From Anaerolineae bacterium (lineage in GTDB: Bacteria > Chloroflexota > Anaerolineae > Anaerolineales > UBA6663): a stretch of DNA of 64,000 bases. The translations under genes were made by a program, and so were the position numbers. Below the pieces are notes generated by a model, which did not search any database, was not told where the DNA came from, and saw nothing but the letters and a program-made list of their open reading frames with translations. The stretch is taken from the NCBI GenBank assembly GCA_037442085.1, contig JBBIQY010000003.1, positions 27,001-91,000 of the forward strand. The letters are read 5' to 3'. This document shows, piece by piece, positions 45,622-55,124 of this stretch; within the stretch, counting starts at the first letter, position 1, and the number at the start of each line of letters is the position of its first letter.

Positions 45622-46290
45622 TCAATCCCCGTAGGGCCGGTCCAGGATGAGCAGCACGCGCAGGCCGGCGGCGACGATGCCGAGCGCGATGCCGAGCAGC
45701 AGGCCGCGCCCGCCGCCAACGGCCAGCACCTGTGAGAGCAGCGCCCAGACCGCGCCTCCCGTCGAGGTGAGCGCTTCCGGCAAGCCGGCCAGCATGGGTG
45801 CCAGGCTGGCTAGCGCCACCACCGCCGTCAACAAGAAGACGACCGAAGCCAGGGTCAGCGAACGCTTCAACACACGCAGGCCGGCCAGGGTCAGCAGCAC
45901 AGCCAGCAGCGCAGAGAGCGCGGCGCTGACCGGCGCGATGATGGGCTGATACACCCAGGTCTGCAAGGCTTCCGCCGGGACGAGATCGGGGGCCGTATCA
46001 CCTCGGGCGAGCAGGCCGACCACCAGGGCGAACAGGAAACCGATCACGACAAAAATGCCGTACCAGCCGCCGGGCTGGCTGAACAGGCGCGTGAGGTGGA
46101 CGCGCAGCAGATTGACTGCGCCGGCCCAGACTGCCACGGCGGCGAGCAGGCTGCCAATCGCCAGCAGCGGCGCAGACAGGCCGCGCAATTCGGGCAACAG
46201 GTCGGCGAAGAAATAGCCCACCAGAGTCACCAGCCCGACGCCGACGGCGACGGCGGTGAGGAGGATGTTCCAAGGCGAGGAAAACTTCAT
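45622..46290 (-). CDS. Polytopic membrane protein, unknown family
   Basis: Start at MKFSSPWNILL (ATG 46290, ATGA overlap with the upstream stop). ~6 hydrophobic helices. The stop is 1 nt before the next start. Confidence 0.65.
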   Translation of the reverse strand: MKFSSPWNILLTAVAVGVGLVTLVGYFFADLLPELRGLSAPLLAIGSLLAAVAVWAGAVNLLRVHLTRLFSQPGGWYGIFVVIGFLFALVVGLLARGDTAPDLVPAEALQTWVYQPIIAPVSAALSALLAVLLTLAGLRVLKRSLTLASVVFLLTAVVALASLAPMLAGLPEALTSTGGAVWALLSQVLAVGGGRGLLLGIALGIVAAGLRVLLILDRPYGD

Positions 46291-47036
46291 GGCTGCCCCA
46301 GGAACGCCTGCAGGGTCGTCCAGACAATCCCGGCCAGCATGGCGCCAACGATCAGCCAACGCATGACATCTTGCGTGCGCAGGCTGGCGACGTGCTCGGG
46401 CGCGCGGCTGAGGTAAGCGCCGGCGGAGTACACGTCCTCGCCGAGGAGGGCGTGCTCGGCGGCGGCGAACAATATCGCCTGGCCCGTGACGTTGTCGCTG
46501 CCGGCGAGGGTCGGCGCACCGGCCCGCTGGCCAGCCTCGGCAAGCAGTGCGACCTCCGCCCCCACCGAGCCGACGAAGACCGAACCGGCGATGGCCTCAT
46601 CCTTGACCACAGCCGTCAACGCGCCGTTGAACGAGAGCGGTGACAGGCCGACGACGCGCGCAGCGTCATCGCGATACTGCTCACCGGCATTCTGCTGGCG
46701 ATAGGCCTGCCGCACTAAATCCTGCGCCAGCAGCGCAGTCGCGCCATCTGCCGTCGTGATCACCGGCGGCTTATCGCTGACCACCGTCACCGCTGCCACC
46801 TGGCTGACGGTGTTCAGGCCGGCCAGGAGCGTGGCCGTATCCGGCTGGCCGAGCACACCGTGGCCAAGCGAAAGATGCAGCCGCCGGCCCGACTCGACCG
46901 CCGCGCCGATAACGTCCGGCAACTGCTTCCACACTGCCACCTCGCGCAGCCCGGCGTTGCGCGCACCCTGGCGGCGGGTGAGCACGACAAAGAACCCAAG
47001 CAGCGCGATGAAGACGAGCAGGACGAGGAGGCTCAT
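46287..47036 (-). CDS. Bitopic membrane protein (N- and C-terminal TM around ~200-aa alpha/beta-like domain), unknown family
   Basis: TM segments LLVLLVFIALLGFFVVL and WLIVGAMLAGIVWTTL. ATGA overlap with the upstream gene. Confidence 0.65.
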   Translation of the reverse strand: MSLLVLLVFIALLGFFVVLTRRQGARNAGLREVAVWKQLPDVIGAAVESGRRLHLSLGHGVLGQPDTATLLAGLNTVSQVAAVTVVSDKPPVITTADGATALLAQDLVRQAYRQQNAGEQYRDDAARVVGLSPLSFNGALTAVVKDEAIAGSVFVGSVGAEVALLAEAGQRAGAPTLAGSDNVTGQAILFAAAEHALLGEDVYSAGAYLSRAPEHVASLRTQDVMRWLIVGAMLAGIVWTTLQAFLGQP

Positions 47037-47275
47037 GATTCGGTCAATTGTTGCGCCAACCGTCGCGCGGCCTGCGGGTCTTCGAGCGTCAGTGCCAGGG
47101 CCGTCAGCGTCTCGCCGGCGGCGAACAGGCCGGCAACGGGCGTCAGCGCGTGCAGGGCCTGCGCGCCCAGAAAGGTCAGCGGCCCGCCAGTTTCCAGGAA
47201 GGAGGCCGCCAGCCCATTCAGCCCGAGAGCTTTGAGTCGGTGCACCCAGGGCGTGAGCGGCGCGGCAGTGGACAT
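47033..47275 (-). CDS. Small hydrophobic protein (80 aa), first gene of the operon
   Basis: ATG 47275 is chosen over GTG 47293 because the promoter -10 lies 8 nt upstream of it. Confidence 0.5.
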   Translation of the reverse strand: MSTAAPLTPWVHRLKALGLNGLAASFLETGGPLTFLGAQALHALTPVAGLFAAGETLTALALTLEDPQAARRLAQQLTES

Positions 47276-47283
47276 TAAGGGCG

Positions 47284-47312
47284 AGTGTAGCACAGAGACT
47301 TTTTCAGGACAA
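47284..47312 (-). promoter_or_regulatory. Sigma70-type promoter TTGTCC - 17 nt - TACACT, 8 nt before the first ATG of the operon (leaderless)
   Basis: On the minus strand, -35 is at 47312..47307 and -10 at 47289..47284, with ATG at 47275. It has the same TTGTCC -35 and 17-nt spacing as the kinase promoter at 26691. Confidence 0.5.
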
Positions 47313-47412
47313 ACAACCCACCCGAAGGATGCACGTTATGTGCCACGTTGCGCCGAGGGCGGTGGTCACAGCACTGAAATTCTACTGCCACCCCAACCGG
47401 CGGCGCAAGCAA

Positions 47413-47510
47413 GGGTGCATTTCTATTATTTGGCAGGCTGCGCCCTTCGACTGCGCGCCGCTCAATGAGCGGCGCTCCGCTCAGGGCGGCCAAAAATCTG
47501 GAATGCACCC
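47413..47510. repeat. Palindromic intergenic repeat, family 1, copy C (98 bp, rearranged/shorter variant)
   Basis: GGGTGCATTTCTATTATTTGGCAGGCTGCGCCC-TTCGACTGCGCGCCGCTCAATGAGCGGCGCTCCGCTCA-GGGCGGCCAAAAATCTGGAATGCACCC. The arms are swapped relative to A/B, and the central hairpin is conserved. Confidence 0.85.
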
Positions 47511-47583
47511 CGCAAGCAACGATTGGTTGCAAAGCGGGTTTTGTATTACAGTCCGCGTCCACCGCTCCACACCTACCTGGGCC

Positions 47584-48492
47584 ATGCACCGACACCTCCT
47601 CATCTTCAACCCGAACTCCGACCGGGGCCGTTCCGGCCAGAAGGCGTCCGATCTGCGCGCGATGGTCGAGCGCCTGGGCGGCGCGGACTGGCGCGGCACC
47701 GAGTATCCCGACCACGCGGCCGAGATCGCAGCTCAGGCCGCCGGCTATGAGACCGTGGTCGCGCTCGGCGGCGACGGCACGGTGCACGAGGTTGTCAATG
47801 GGCTGATGCAAATCCCCGCCAGCCAGCGACCTCGGCTGGGCATCGTTCCCATCGGCTCCGGCAACGATTTCGCCTTCGCGGTCGGCGTGACGCTGAAGAA
47901 CCCGCAAGAGGCGGTGCGCCGCGCCCTCACCGGGACGGCGCGTGCGGTGGATGTGGCGGAGATCGTGGACAACCACGTCCGGCGCGAGTACTTCGTCAAC
48001 ACCTGCGGCCTGGGCTTCGATGGCGCCATCAACATCCGCAGCCGCGAAATCCCGTTTCTGCAGGGCTTCCTCATGTATCTCACTGCCGTGCTGCAATCCA
48101 TCGCCCTCAACTTCGAAGCGCCGCACCTGAAGGTGCAGTACGACGGCGGCGAGATTGACCAGAACATCATGATGCTGACGGTGGGCAACGGCCCGCGGGA
48201 GGGCGGCGGCTTCATCACCACGCCCATGTCGAAAGTGGACGACGGCCTCCTCGACTTCATCTACATCCATCAGCTCACGCGCCTGCGCTTGCTGCAACTG
48301 CTCCCCAAGGTGATGAACGGCTCGCATATCCATGAGCCTGACATCACCATCAAACAGACCACGCATCTGATCATCGAGTCCGACCGCGCCCTGCCCATCC
48401 ACACGGATGGCGAACTGTTCGCGCCGTATGAGGCCAACGTCCGCCGCGTGGAGATCAACCTGTATCCGCAGGCCCTGCAAGTGGTTACCTGA
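47584..48492 (+). CDS. Diacylglycerol/lipid kinase (YegS/DAGK catalytic domain family)
   Basis: LLIFNPNSDRGRS... and VVALGGDGTVHEVVNGL (the GGDGT motif). Start at ATG 47584. Confidence 0.85.
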   Translation: MHRHLLIFNPNSDRGRSGQKASDLRAMVERLGGADWRGTEYPDHAAEIAAQAAGYETVVALGGDGTVHEVVNGLMQIPASQRPRLGIVPIGSGNDFAFAVGVTLKNPQEAVRRALTGTARAVDVAEIVDNHVRREYFVNTCGLGFDGAINIRSREIPFLQGFLMYLTAVLQSIALNFEAPHLKVQYDGGEIDQNIMMLTVGNGPREGGGFITTPMSKVDDGLLDFIYIHQLTRLRLLQLLPKVMNGSHIHEPDITIKQTTHLIIESDRALPIHTDGELFAPYEANVRRVEINLYPQALQVVT

Positions 48493-48607
48493 CGATGGTC
48501 ACCTGACGGCGGTCACCTGCTAGCCGTTTCCGTGTTGCGTGTTTCCTCCGTCGGGCTCGGCCACGCTTTCCTGGGAATCGTGGAAAATTGGGGTGGGTGA
48601 AGGAAAG

Positions 48608-50269
48608 ATGCCACCCCTGGAGCGTGTCTTCGCCGATTACGACCCCGGCCTATTGCGCGTCATCGCCGGATTGTGGGGTCTGGAGTTGACCGGGCCCAAC
48701 CAGCGCGAGGCCGCGGCGCAATTGAGCCAGTGGCTGCGTGACCCGGATCGCGTCAGCCGGTGCCTGGCCGAGCTGCCGGCAGAGGCGCGCGCCGCGCTGG
48801 AGGCCGTGCGTCGCGCCGGTGGTCGCTTGCCGCTGGCGCGCTTTGCCCGCACACACGGCGAGGTGCGCGCCATGGGGCCGGCGCGCCGCGAGCGCGAGCA
48901 ACCGTGGCGCGTGGACCCCTCGCCCGCCGAAGCCCTGTGGTACCGCGCCCTCACCGCGCACGGCTTCTTCGAGAGCGAGGGCGGCCCGCAGGAATTCGTC
49001 TTCATCCCTGAAGACCTGCTCAAGTTCATCCCGAACCTGCCCGAGCCACCCACGCCGCCGCCCGGTCAGCCGGCCCCCGCGCCCGAAACCTTCGCGCCTG
49101 CCGAACCTTACCTGGCCGACGACCTGGTCACGCTGCTGGCTTACGCCCAGATCACGCCGCTCAAGCTCGAGGGCGGAACGCTGACGACGCGCCTGCCCGT
49201 CGCTGTGCGGCGCTTCCTGCGCGTACCGGAGGGCCTGGACCTGTGCTTCCAACTGGCGCTCGACCTCAAGCTGCTGAGCGACACGCCCCTCAAGCCCGAC
49301 CCGGCCAACGCCGCCCCTTTCCTCGACTTGTCGCGCGCCGCCCAGACGCGCCGACTCGCGGACGCCTGGCGCGCCTCGCCCAACTGGAACGACCTGCGCC
49401 GGATGCCCGGCCTGACTTTCGAAGGCGTTAACTGGCGCAACGACCCCGTCATCGCGCGCGAGGCCATCCTGAAACTGCTAGCCGATATACCCCCGGACAA
49501 GTGGTGGTCGCTCGATGCGTTCGTCGCTGCCGTCAAAGCGCACGCGCCCGATTTCCAGCGGCCTGCCGGCGACTACGACTCGTGGTACATCCGCGACTCA
49601 GCGACCGGCGACTATCTGCGCGGCTTCGAAAACTGGGAGCGCGTGGACGGCGCGCTGGTGCGCTGGCTGGTGACGGAACCGCTGCGCTGGCTGGGCCTAA
49701 TCGAGGTCGGCGGGCAGATAGGAACAGCAGCGGAACGGGCGTTTCGCCTCACCCTCGCCGGCCACGCCTTCCTGCGCCGCGAACCGGCGCCAGCTGACGC
49801 GGCCAAGGGCGCTCGCGTGCACATCGGCGCGAACGGCGTGCTGCGCGTCCCGCTTGCTCTGAAGCCGCGCGACCGCTTTCGTGTGGCGCGCATCGCCAAG
49901 TGGTTGGGCCTGGCAGAGGGAGAATATCTCTACCGCCTCACGCCCAGTTCGCTCAAACGCGCGGCGAAGCAGGGCATCCCATTGGAGCGCGTGGTGGACT
50001 TCCTGCGCGCCATCGCCGACGAACGCGGGCTGCCGCCGGCGTTGCACGGCGCGCTGCTGCGCTGGTCGCGGCGCGGCGCGGAGGCGATGCTCAAAGAGAC
50101 GGTGGTGCTCCGCGTGAAAAGCGCCGAGCTGCTGGAGACGCTGAGGCGCACGCCCAAGCTCAATGACTACCTCGGCCAACCCCTCGGCCCGACCGCCGTC
50201 GAAATCCGGCGCGACGATCTGGAGCGGGTGCGCGACCTGCTGGCCGAGTTGGGCCTGCTGACGGATTGA
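48608..50269 (+). CDS. Hypothetical protein, possibly XPB/Ssl2-N-terminal-like (helicase-associated) domain protein
   Basis: GAAGGA SD before ATG 48608. Repeated winged-helix-like segments. The C-terminal GIPLERVVDFLRAI...LKETVVLRVKSAELLETL... resembles the family as I recall it. Unverified. Confidence 0.4.
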   Translation: MPPLERVFADYDPGLLRVIAGLWGLELTGPNQREAAAQLSQWLRDPDRVSRCLAELPAEARAALEAVRRAGGRLPLARFARTHGEVRAMGPARREREQPWRVDPSPAEALWYRALTAHGFFESEGGPQEFVFIPEDLLKFIPNLPEPPTPPPGQPAPAPETFAPAEPYLADDLVTLLAYAQITPLKLEGGTLTTRLPVAVRRFLRVPEGLDLCFQLALDLKLLSDTPLKPDPANAAPFLDLSRAAQTRRLADAWRASPNWNDLRRMPGLTFEGVNWRNDPVIAREAILKLLADIPPDKWWSLDAFVAAVKAHAPDFQRPAGDYDSWYIRDSATGDYLRGFENWERVDGALVRWLVTEPLRWLGLIEVGGQIGTAAERAFRLTLAGHAFLRREPAPADAAKGARVHIGANGVLRVPLALKPRDRFRVARIAKWLGLAEGEYLYRLTPSSLKRAAKQGIPLERVVDFLRAIADERGLPPALHGALLRWSRRGAEAMLKETVVLRVKSAELLETLRRTPKLNDYLGQPLGPTAVEIRRDDLERVRDLLAELGLLTD

Positions 50270-50370
50270 GCGACGGTAATCGTCACGCATTTGCACACAT
50301 GACGACGAAGGGGGGAAAAGAAGCCGCATCGAATTCCACGAATTAGCGCGAAAGATGCGGGGGCACTACA

Positions 50371-50430
50371 ATTCGCGTCCATTCGCACCCATTCGCACTC
50401 ATTCATTCCCATTCATGCTCATTCGTGATT
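50371..50430. repeat. Six tandem 10-bp units ATTC(G/A)(C/T)NNYC immediately upstream of galK
   Basis: The units are attcgcgtcc attcgcaccc attcgcactc attcattccc attcatgctc attcgtgatt. The last unit overlaps a TTAAAT -10-like box 7 nt before ATG 50442. Confidence 0.85.
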
Positions 50431-50441
50431 AAATCAAACTC

Positions 50442-51617
50442 ATGAACGACCTTCTCATCCGCCTCACCGACACCTTCGTCCGCATCTATCAGGAAGCGCC
50501 CGCCTTCATCGTTCGCGCGCCGGGCCGCGTCAACCTGCTCGGCGAGCACGTGGATTACAACGCCGGCTGGGTGCTGCCCATCGCCATTGACCGCGCCGCT
50601 TATGTAGCCGCCCGCGCCGTGGAGAGCGCGCACGTCACCATCCATGCGCCGGATGTGAAAGATCAGGTCATCTTCCCTCTCAGTCAACTGGAAAACAAAC
50701 GCGACGTGCGCCGCCAGCCCCTCAAGAACTGGGCGAAGTATGCCGCCGGCGTCGCCTGGGCGCTCCAACAACGCGGCCTCAACACGGCCCCGCTCGACGC
50801 CGTCATCGCCTCCGACGTGCCGCGCGGCGCGGGCCTCAGCTCGTCGGCGGCGGTGGAGGTGGCTTACGCGGTGACGTGGCAGAAGATCGGCGGCTGGTCG
50901 CTGCCCCCGCTGGAACTGGCGCTGACCTGCCAGAAGGCGGAGAACGCCTACGTCGGCGTCAACTCCGGCATCATGGATCAGTTCGCCTCGGTCTGCGGGC
51001 GCGCCGGTCACGCCCTGCTGCTCGACTGCCGCTCCCTGGAGTGGCAGACCGTGCCCATGCCGCCCGACATCGCCGTGGTCGTGGCCGATACGATGGTGCG
51101 CCGTGAGTTGGGGTCGAGCGAGTACAACGTGCGCCGCGCACAGTGTGAGGCAGCCGTGAAGGCTCTCGCCGGCCCCCTGCCCGGCATCCAGGCCCTGCGC
51201 GACGTCTCCCTGACGGATTTCAACGCGCACGCCCACATGCTGCCCGAGGTCGTGGCAAAGCGCGCGCGCTACGTGGTAGAGGAGTGCGACCGGATGCAAC
51301 GCGCGCCGGCGCTGTTGCGCGCCGGCGACGCCGCCGGCTTCGGCGCGTTGATGAACGAGTGCCACGTCGGCCTGCGTGATTTGTACGAGGTCTCGTGCAA
51401 AGAGCTGGACGTGATGGTGACCATCGCGCAAAGCCTGCCGGGCTGCTACGGCGCGCGGCTTACCGGCGCGGGCTTCGGCGGCTGCACGGTCAACCTGGTG
51501 GCCGCCGCCGCCGCGGAAGACTTCAAACGCGAACTGGCCGCGCGGTACGCCAGGGCCACCGGCAAGACGCCCGAAATCTACGTCTGCCAGGCGGCGGACG
51601 GGGCGCGCGTGCTCTGA
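50442..51617 (+). CDS. galK: Galactokinase
   Basis: GRVNLLGEHVDYN is the galactokinase signature. GAGLSSSAA is the GHMP motif. Confidence 0.92.
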   Translation: MNDLLIRLTDTFVRIYQEAPAFIVRAPGRVNLLGEHVDYNAGWVLPIAIDRAAYVAARAVESAHVTIHAPDVKDQVIFPLSQLENKRDVRRQPLKNWAKYAAGVAWALQQRGLNTAPLDAVIASDVPRGAGLSSSAAVEVAYAVTWQKIGGWSLPPLELALTCQKAENAYVGVNSGIMDQFASVCGRAGHALLLDCRSLEWQTVPMPPDIAVVVADTMVRRELGSSEYNVRRAQCEAAVKALAGPLPGIQALRDVSLTDFNAHAHMLPEVVAKRARYVVEECDRMQRAPALLRAGDAAGFGALMNECHVGLRDLYEVSCKELDVMVTIAQSLPGCYGARLTGAGFGGCTVNLVAAAAAEDFKRELAARYARATGKTPEIYVCQAADGARVL

Positions 51618-51730
51618 CTCCCTCTGCCTCGTGATATTTCCCCGCTTCCATTCGCGCTCATTCACGCTTCTTCTTCGCGGCGGCTTTAACGGCTTGCGCT
51701 CACGCTCATTCGTGTTCATTCATAGCCGCT

Positions 51731-52750
51731 TTGTCCACTACCCTTCGGGTACAATCTCGGCCCGTGCTGTATTGTCTTTCTCTTCCCACGCCCTTCCCCG
51801 TCGGCCCCGTCAACGTGTATCTCTCGGAAAGCGGGCCGCTGACGCTGATTGACACCGGCCCCAAGTGGGACGAGTCGCGCGCGGCGCTGGAGGCCGCCCT
51901 CGCCCAGCATGGCCATCGCCTCGAGGACATTCGCCAGCTCATCCTGACGCACCATCACGTAGATCACGTCGGGCTGGCCGGCGAGATCGCGCGTCGCTCC
52001 GGCTGCGAGGTGCTGACACACCCTTACAACACGCCCTGGCTGGTGGACTATGCCGCCGAGCGCGCGCGACATCTGCCGTTCTTCCACCGCATCTGGGAGG
52101 AGAGCGGCGTGCCGGCGGACATCCTCGCGCAGATGGAGGCCTCCGGTGCCAGCATGCCCAAATGGGCCGACCCGGTGATCCCGACGCGCGAAATCGCCGA
52201 GGGCGATACGCTGACGATCAGCAACGCGACCTGGCGCGTCTATCACACACCCGGCCACGCCGGCGGCCTTATTTGTCTGTGGGAACCGGGCACGCGCACG
52301 CTGCTCGCCAACGACCATTTCATCCGCGACATCTCGTCCAACCCCATCCTCGAGCCGCCCAGCACCATGAACGGCCCGCGCCCCAAGCGCCTGGTGGAGT
52401 ACCTGTGCCACATGCGCCGCATGGCCGACCTCCAACCGGCGCGCGCCCTGCCCGGCCACGGCGACGTGGTCGAAGATGTCGCCGGGTTGGTGCGCCATCG
52501 CCTCGCCTTCCACAGGCGGCGCAAGGAACGCCTGCTGAAGATGCTGGCCGACCAGCCGCAGACGTTATGGGAGCTGACCGAGGCCAGCTTCGGCAGCCGC
52601 CTGAGGCACGGCATGGATTGGTTCCTCGGCTGCTCGGAAATCCTCGGCCATCTGGATCTGCTGGAGGCAGATGGCGCCGTCAGGCCGGTACGCCAGGGCA
52701 AACTGGTGAAATGGACGATGGTGACCCCGGAACGCGAGGCCGTCCGCTGA
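51731..52750 (+). CDS. MBL-fold metallo-hydrolase
   Basis: LTHHHVDHVG is the HxHxDH motif, with later HTPGH. The true start may be GTG 51764, which lies 8 nt after TACAAT (51750-51755). Confidence 0.8.
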   Translation: MSTTLRVQSRPVLYCLSLPTPFPVGPVNVYLSESGPLTLIDTGPKWDESRAALEAALAQHGHRLEDIRQLILTHHHVDHVGLAGEIARRSGCEVLTHPYNTPWLVDYAAERARHLPFFHRIWEESGVPADILAQMEASGASMPKWADPVIPTREIAEGDTLTISNATWRVYHTPGHAGGLICLWEPGTRTLLANDHFIRDISSNPILEPPSTMNGPRPKRLVEYLCHMRRMADLQPARALPGHGDVVEDVAGLVRHRLAFHRRRKERLLKMLADQPQTLWELTEASFGSRLRHGMDWFLGCSEILGHLDLLEADGAVRPVRQGKLVKWTMVTPEREAVR

Positions 52751-52779
52751 CCCCTGGCTGGTTGCCGTTCGGCGACGGA

Positions 52780-53961
52780 TCAATTGAACGCCTGTATCCC
52801 CGTCTGGGCACGGCCCAGGATCAGCGCGTGGATGTCATGCGTGCCCTCGTAGGTGTTTACAGCCTCGAGGTTCATACAGTGGCGGATGACGTGGAACTCG
52901 TCGCTGATGCCGTTGCCGCCGTGCATATCGCGCGCCAGCCGCGCCACCTCCAGCGCTTTGCCACAACTGTTACGCTTGACGAGGCTGACCATCTCCGGCG
53001 TGGCCTTGCCCTCATCCATCAACCGCCCGACGCGCAGCGCCCCTTGGAGGGCTAACGTGATCTCGGTCTGCATATTCGCCAGCTTCAATTGAATGAGTTG
53101 ATTGGCGGCCAACGGGCGCCCGAACTGTGTGCGCTCGAGCGTGTAGCGGCGCGCGGCGTGCCAGCAAAACTCCGCTGCGCCCAGCGCCCCCCAACTGATT
53201 CCATAGCGCGCTTTGTTCAAACAGCCGAAAGGCCCTTTCAGTCCGGCCGCGCCCGGCAACAGATTCTCGTCCGGCACGAATACGTCGTCCATCACAATCT
53301 CGCCGGTGACGCTGGCGCGCAGGCTGAACTTGCCCTCGGTCTTGGGCGTGCTCAGGCCGGGCATGCCGCGCTCGAGGAGGAAGCCGCGGATCTCGCCGGC
53401 GTCGTCCTTGGCCCACACCACCGCCACGTCGGCGATGGGCGAGTTGGTGATCCACATCTTGTTGCCGTGCAGGCGATAGCCGCCCGGGACTTTGCGCGCG
53501 CGGCTCTCCATGCCGGCGGGGTCGCTGCCGTGGTTCGGCTCGGTCAGCCCGAAACAACCGACGATCTCGCCGGTGGCAAGGCGCGGCAGATACTTCTGGC
53601 GTTGGGCCTCGGTGCCATAGGCGTAAATCGGATACATGACCAGCGAGCTCTGCACGCTCATTGCGCTGCGATAGCCGCTATCCACGCGCTCCACCTCGCG
53701 GGCGATCAGGCCATAGGCAACGTGGTTCAGCCCCGCACCCCCGTACGCCTCCGGTAAGGTGGGGCCGAGAAAGCCCAGCTCGCCCATCTCGTACAGGATG
53801 GCGCGGTCGAAGGTTTCGTGCCGGTTGGCCTCGAGGATGCGCGGCATAAGCTTGTTCTGGCAATACTTGCGGGCGGTGTCGCGCACCGCCCGCTCCTCGT
53901 CGCTCAGTTGCTCCTCGAGCAGAAACGGGTCATCCCATTTGAAGGCGGGTGATTGGGACAT
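52780..53961 (-). CDS. Acyl-CoA dehydrogenase, glutaryl-CoA dehydrogenase-like
   Basis: [41 protein letters not shown] and C-terminal YEGTHDIH are typical of GcdH-type ACADs. Confidence 0.85.
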   Translation of the reverse strand: MSQSPAFKWDDPFLLEEQLSDEERAVRDTARKYCQNKLMPRILEANRHETFDRAILYEMGELGFLGPTLPEAYGGAGLNHVAYGLIAREVERVDSGYRSAMSVQSSLVMYPIYAYGTEAQRQKYLPRLATGEIVGCFGLTEPNHGSDPAGMESRARKVPGGYRLHGNKMWITNSPIADVAVVWAKDDAGEIRGFLLERGMPGLSTPKTEGKFSLRASVTGEIVMDDVFVPDENLLPGAAGLKGPFGCLNKARYGISWGALGAAEFCWHAARRYTLERTQFGRPLAANQLIQLKLANMQTEITLALQGALRVGRLMDEGKATPEMVSLVKRNSCGKALEVARLARDMHGGNGISDEFHVIRHCMNLEAVNTYEGTHDIHALILGRAQTGIQAFN

Positions 53962-54091
53962 GGCGCTCAGGTCCTGTCAGGGTGTGCGGGATGGCCTGAT
54001 TATAAACACGCGAGGGATGCCCTCACAGCCCCGGCTCCGGCAAGCGGAGCTGGTGCGCCGAAGCCGATAAAGCGAACGGCCAGGCCGCCGA

Positions 54092-54206
54092 GGGTACATT
54101 CCAGATTTTTGGCCGCCCTTCGACTGCGCGCCGCTCGTTGAGCGGCGCTCTCCTGAGCGAAGCCGAAGGATCAGGGCGCAGCCTGCCAAATAATCGAAAT
54201 GCACCC
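54092..54206. repeat. Palindromic intergenic repeat, family 1, copy B (115 bp)
   Basis: Near-identical to copy A. The central hairpin loop is inverted (GTT versus AAC). Confidence 0.9.
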
Positions 54207-54277
54207 GCCGCCGACGGATTGATTGCATCCTGGCCGCTTTCCCGCTATCATCGCAACAACCCACCAAGGGCAAGTGA

Positions 54278-55060
54278 ATGTACGACTATAAGGCATTGTT
54301 CGACCTGACCGGCAGATCGGCGCTGGTGGTAGGGGCGGGCAGCGGCATTGGGCAGGCAGCCGCGCAAGGGCTGGCCGCCTTCGGCGCGCGCGTGTTCTGC
54401 GGCGACGTGAATGCGGCGGCGAACGCGGAGACCGCGGCGGCGATCACCGGGGCCGGCGGGTGGGCCGCCACCCTGGCGCTCGACCTGAACGACCCGGCCA
54501 GCCTGGCCGCCGCGCTGGCCGAGACCGGCGCCGTGGACGTTTTCGTCTGCACGCCCGCCATCAACGTCCGTAAGCCCCTGCTCGAGATCAGCGACGACGA
54601 GTTCGACCGCGTGGTCAACCTCAACCTCAAAGGCACGTTCCGCGCTCTCAAGACTTACGGTAGGGCGATGGCCGAGCGTGGGCGCGGCAGCCTGATCACC
54701 TTCGCCAGCATCCGCGCCCAGGTGGTGGAGCCGGGACAAGGGGTGTACGCGGCAACAAAGGCCGGCATTGTGCAGATGTGCCGCGCGCTGGCCGCCGAGC
54801 TGGGGCCGCGCGGTGTGCGTGTCAACGCCATCGCGCCCGGCGTGGTGGAGACGCCGCTCACTGCGCCCATCAAGAGCCGGCCGGAGTGGTACGCGGCCTA
54901 CGCCGGCAAGAACGCGCTGGGCCGCTGGGCGCAGCCGCACGAGCTGGTCGGGGCGGTGCTGCTCCTGGCCTCCGATGCCGGCACCTACATCACCGGCTCC
55001 GTGCTTCTGGTGGATGGCGGCTGGACGGCGATAGATGGACGTTTCACACCGCCTCTGTAA
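54278..55060 (+). CDS. SDR-family oxidoreductase
   Basis: VVGAGSGIGQAAA is a TGxxxGxG-like block. YAATKAGIVQM is the YxxxK catalytic motif. Confidence 0.9.
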   Translation: MYDYKALFDLTGRSALVVGAGSGIGQAAAQGLAAFGARVFCGDVNAAANAETAAAITGAGGWAATLALDLNDPASLAAALAETGAVDVFVCTPAINVRKPLLEISDDEFDRVVNLNLKGTFRALKTYGRAMAERGRGSLITFASIRAQVVEPGQGVYAATKAGIVQMCRALAAELGPRGVRVNAIAPGVVETPLTAPIKSRPEWYAAYAGKNALGRWAQPHELVGAVLLLASDAGTYITGSVLLVDGGWTAIDGRFTPPL

Positions 55061-55124
55061 GGCATGAGGATGAAAGCGGAAAGCTGAATCTCTCATCCTT
55101 CTGCCTTCAGCCTTCAGCCTTCGA

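Noticed and set aside
51731-51749. TTGTCC at 51731 as the -35 for the TACAAT box at 51750
   Set aside because: The spacer would be only 13 nt, which is incompatible with sigma70 geometry. The -10 alone is retained as weak evidence for the GTG 51764 start.
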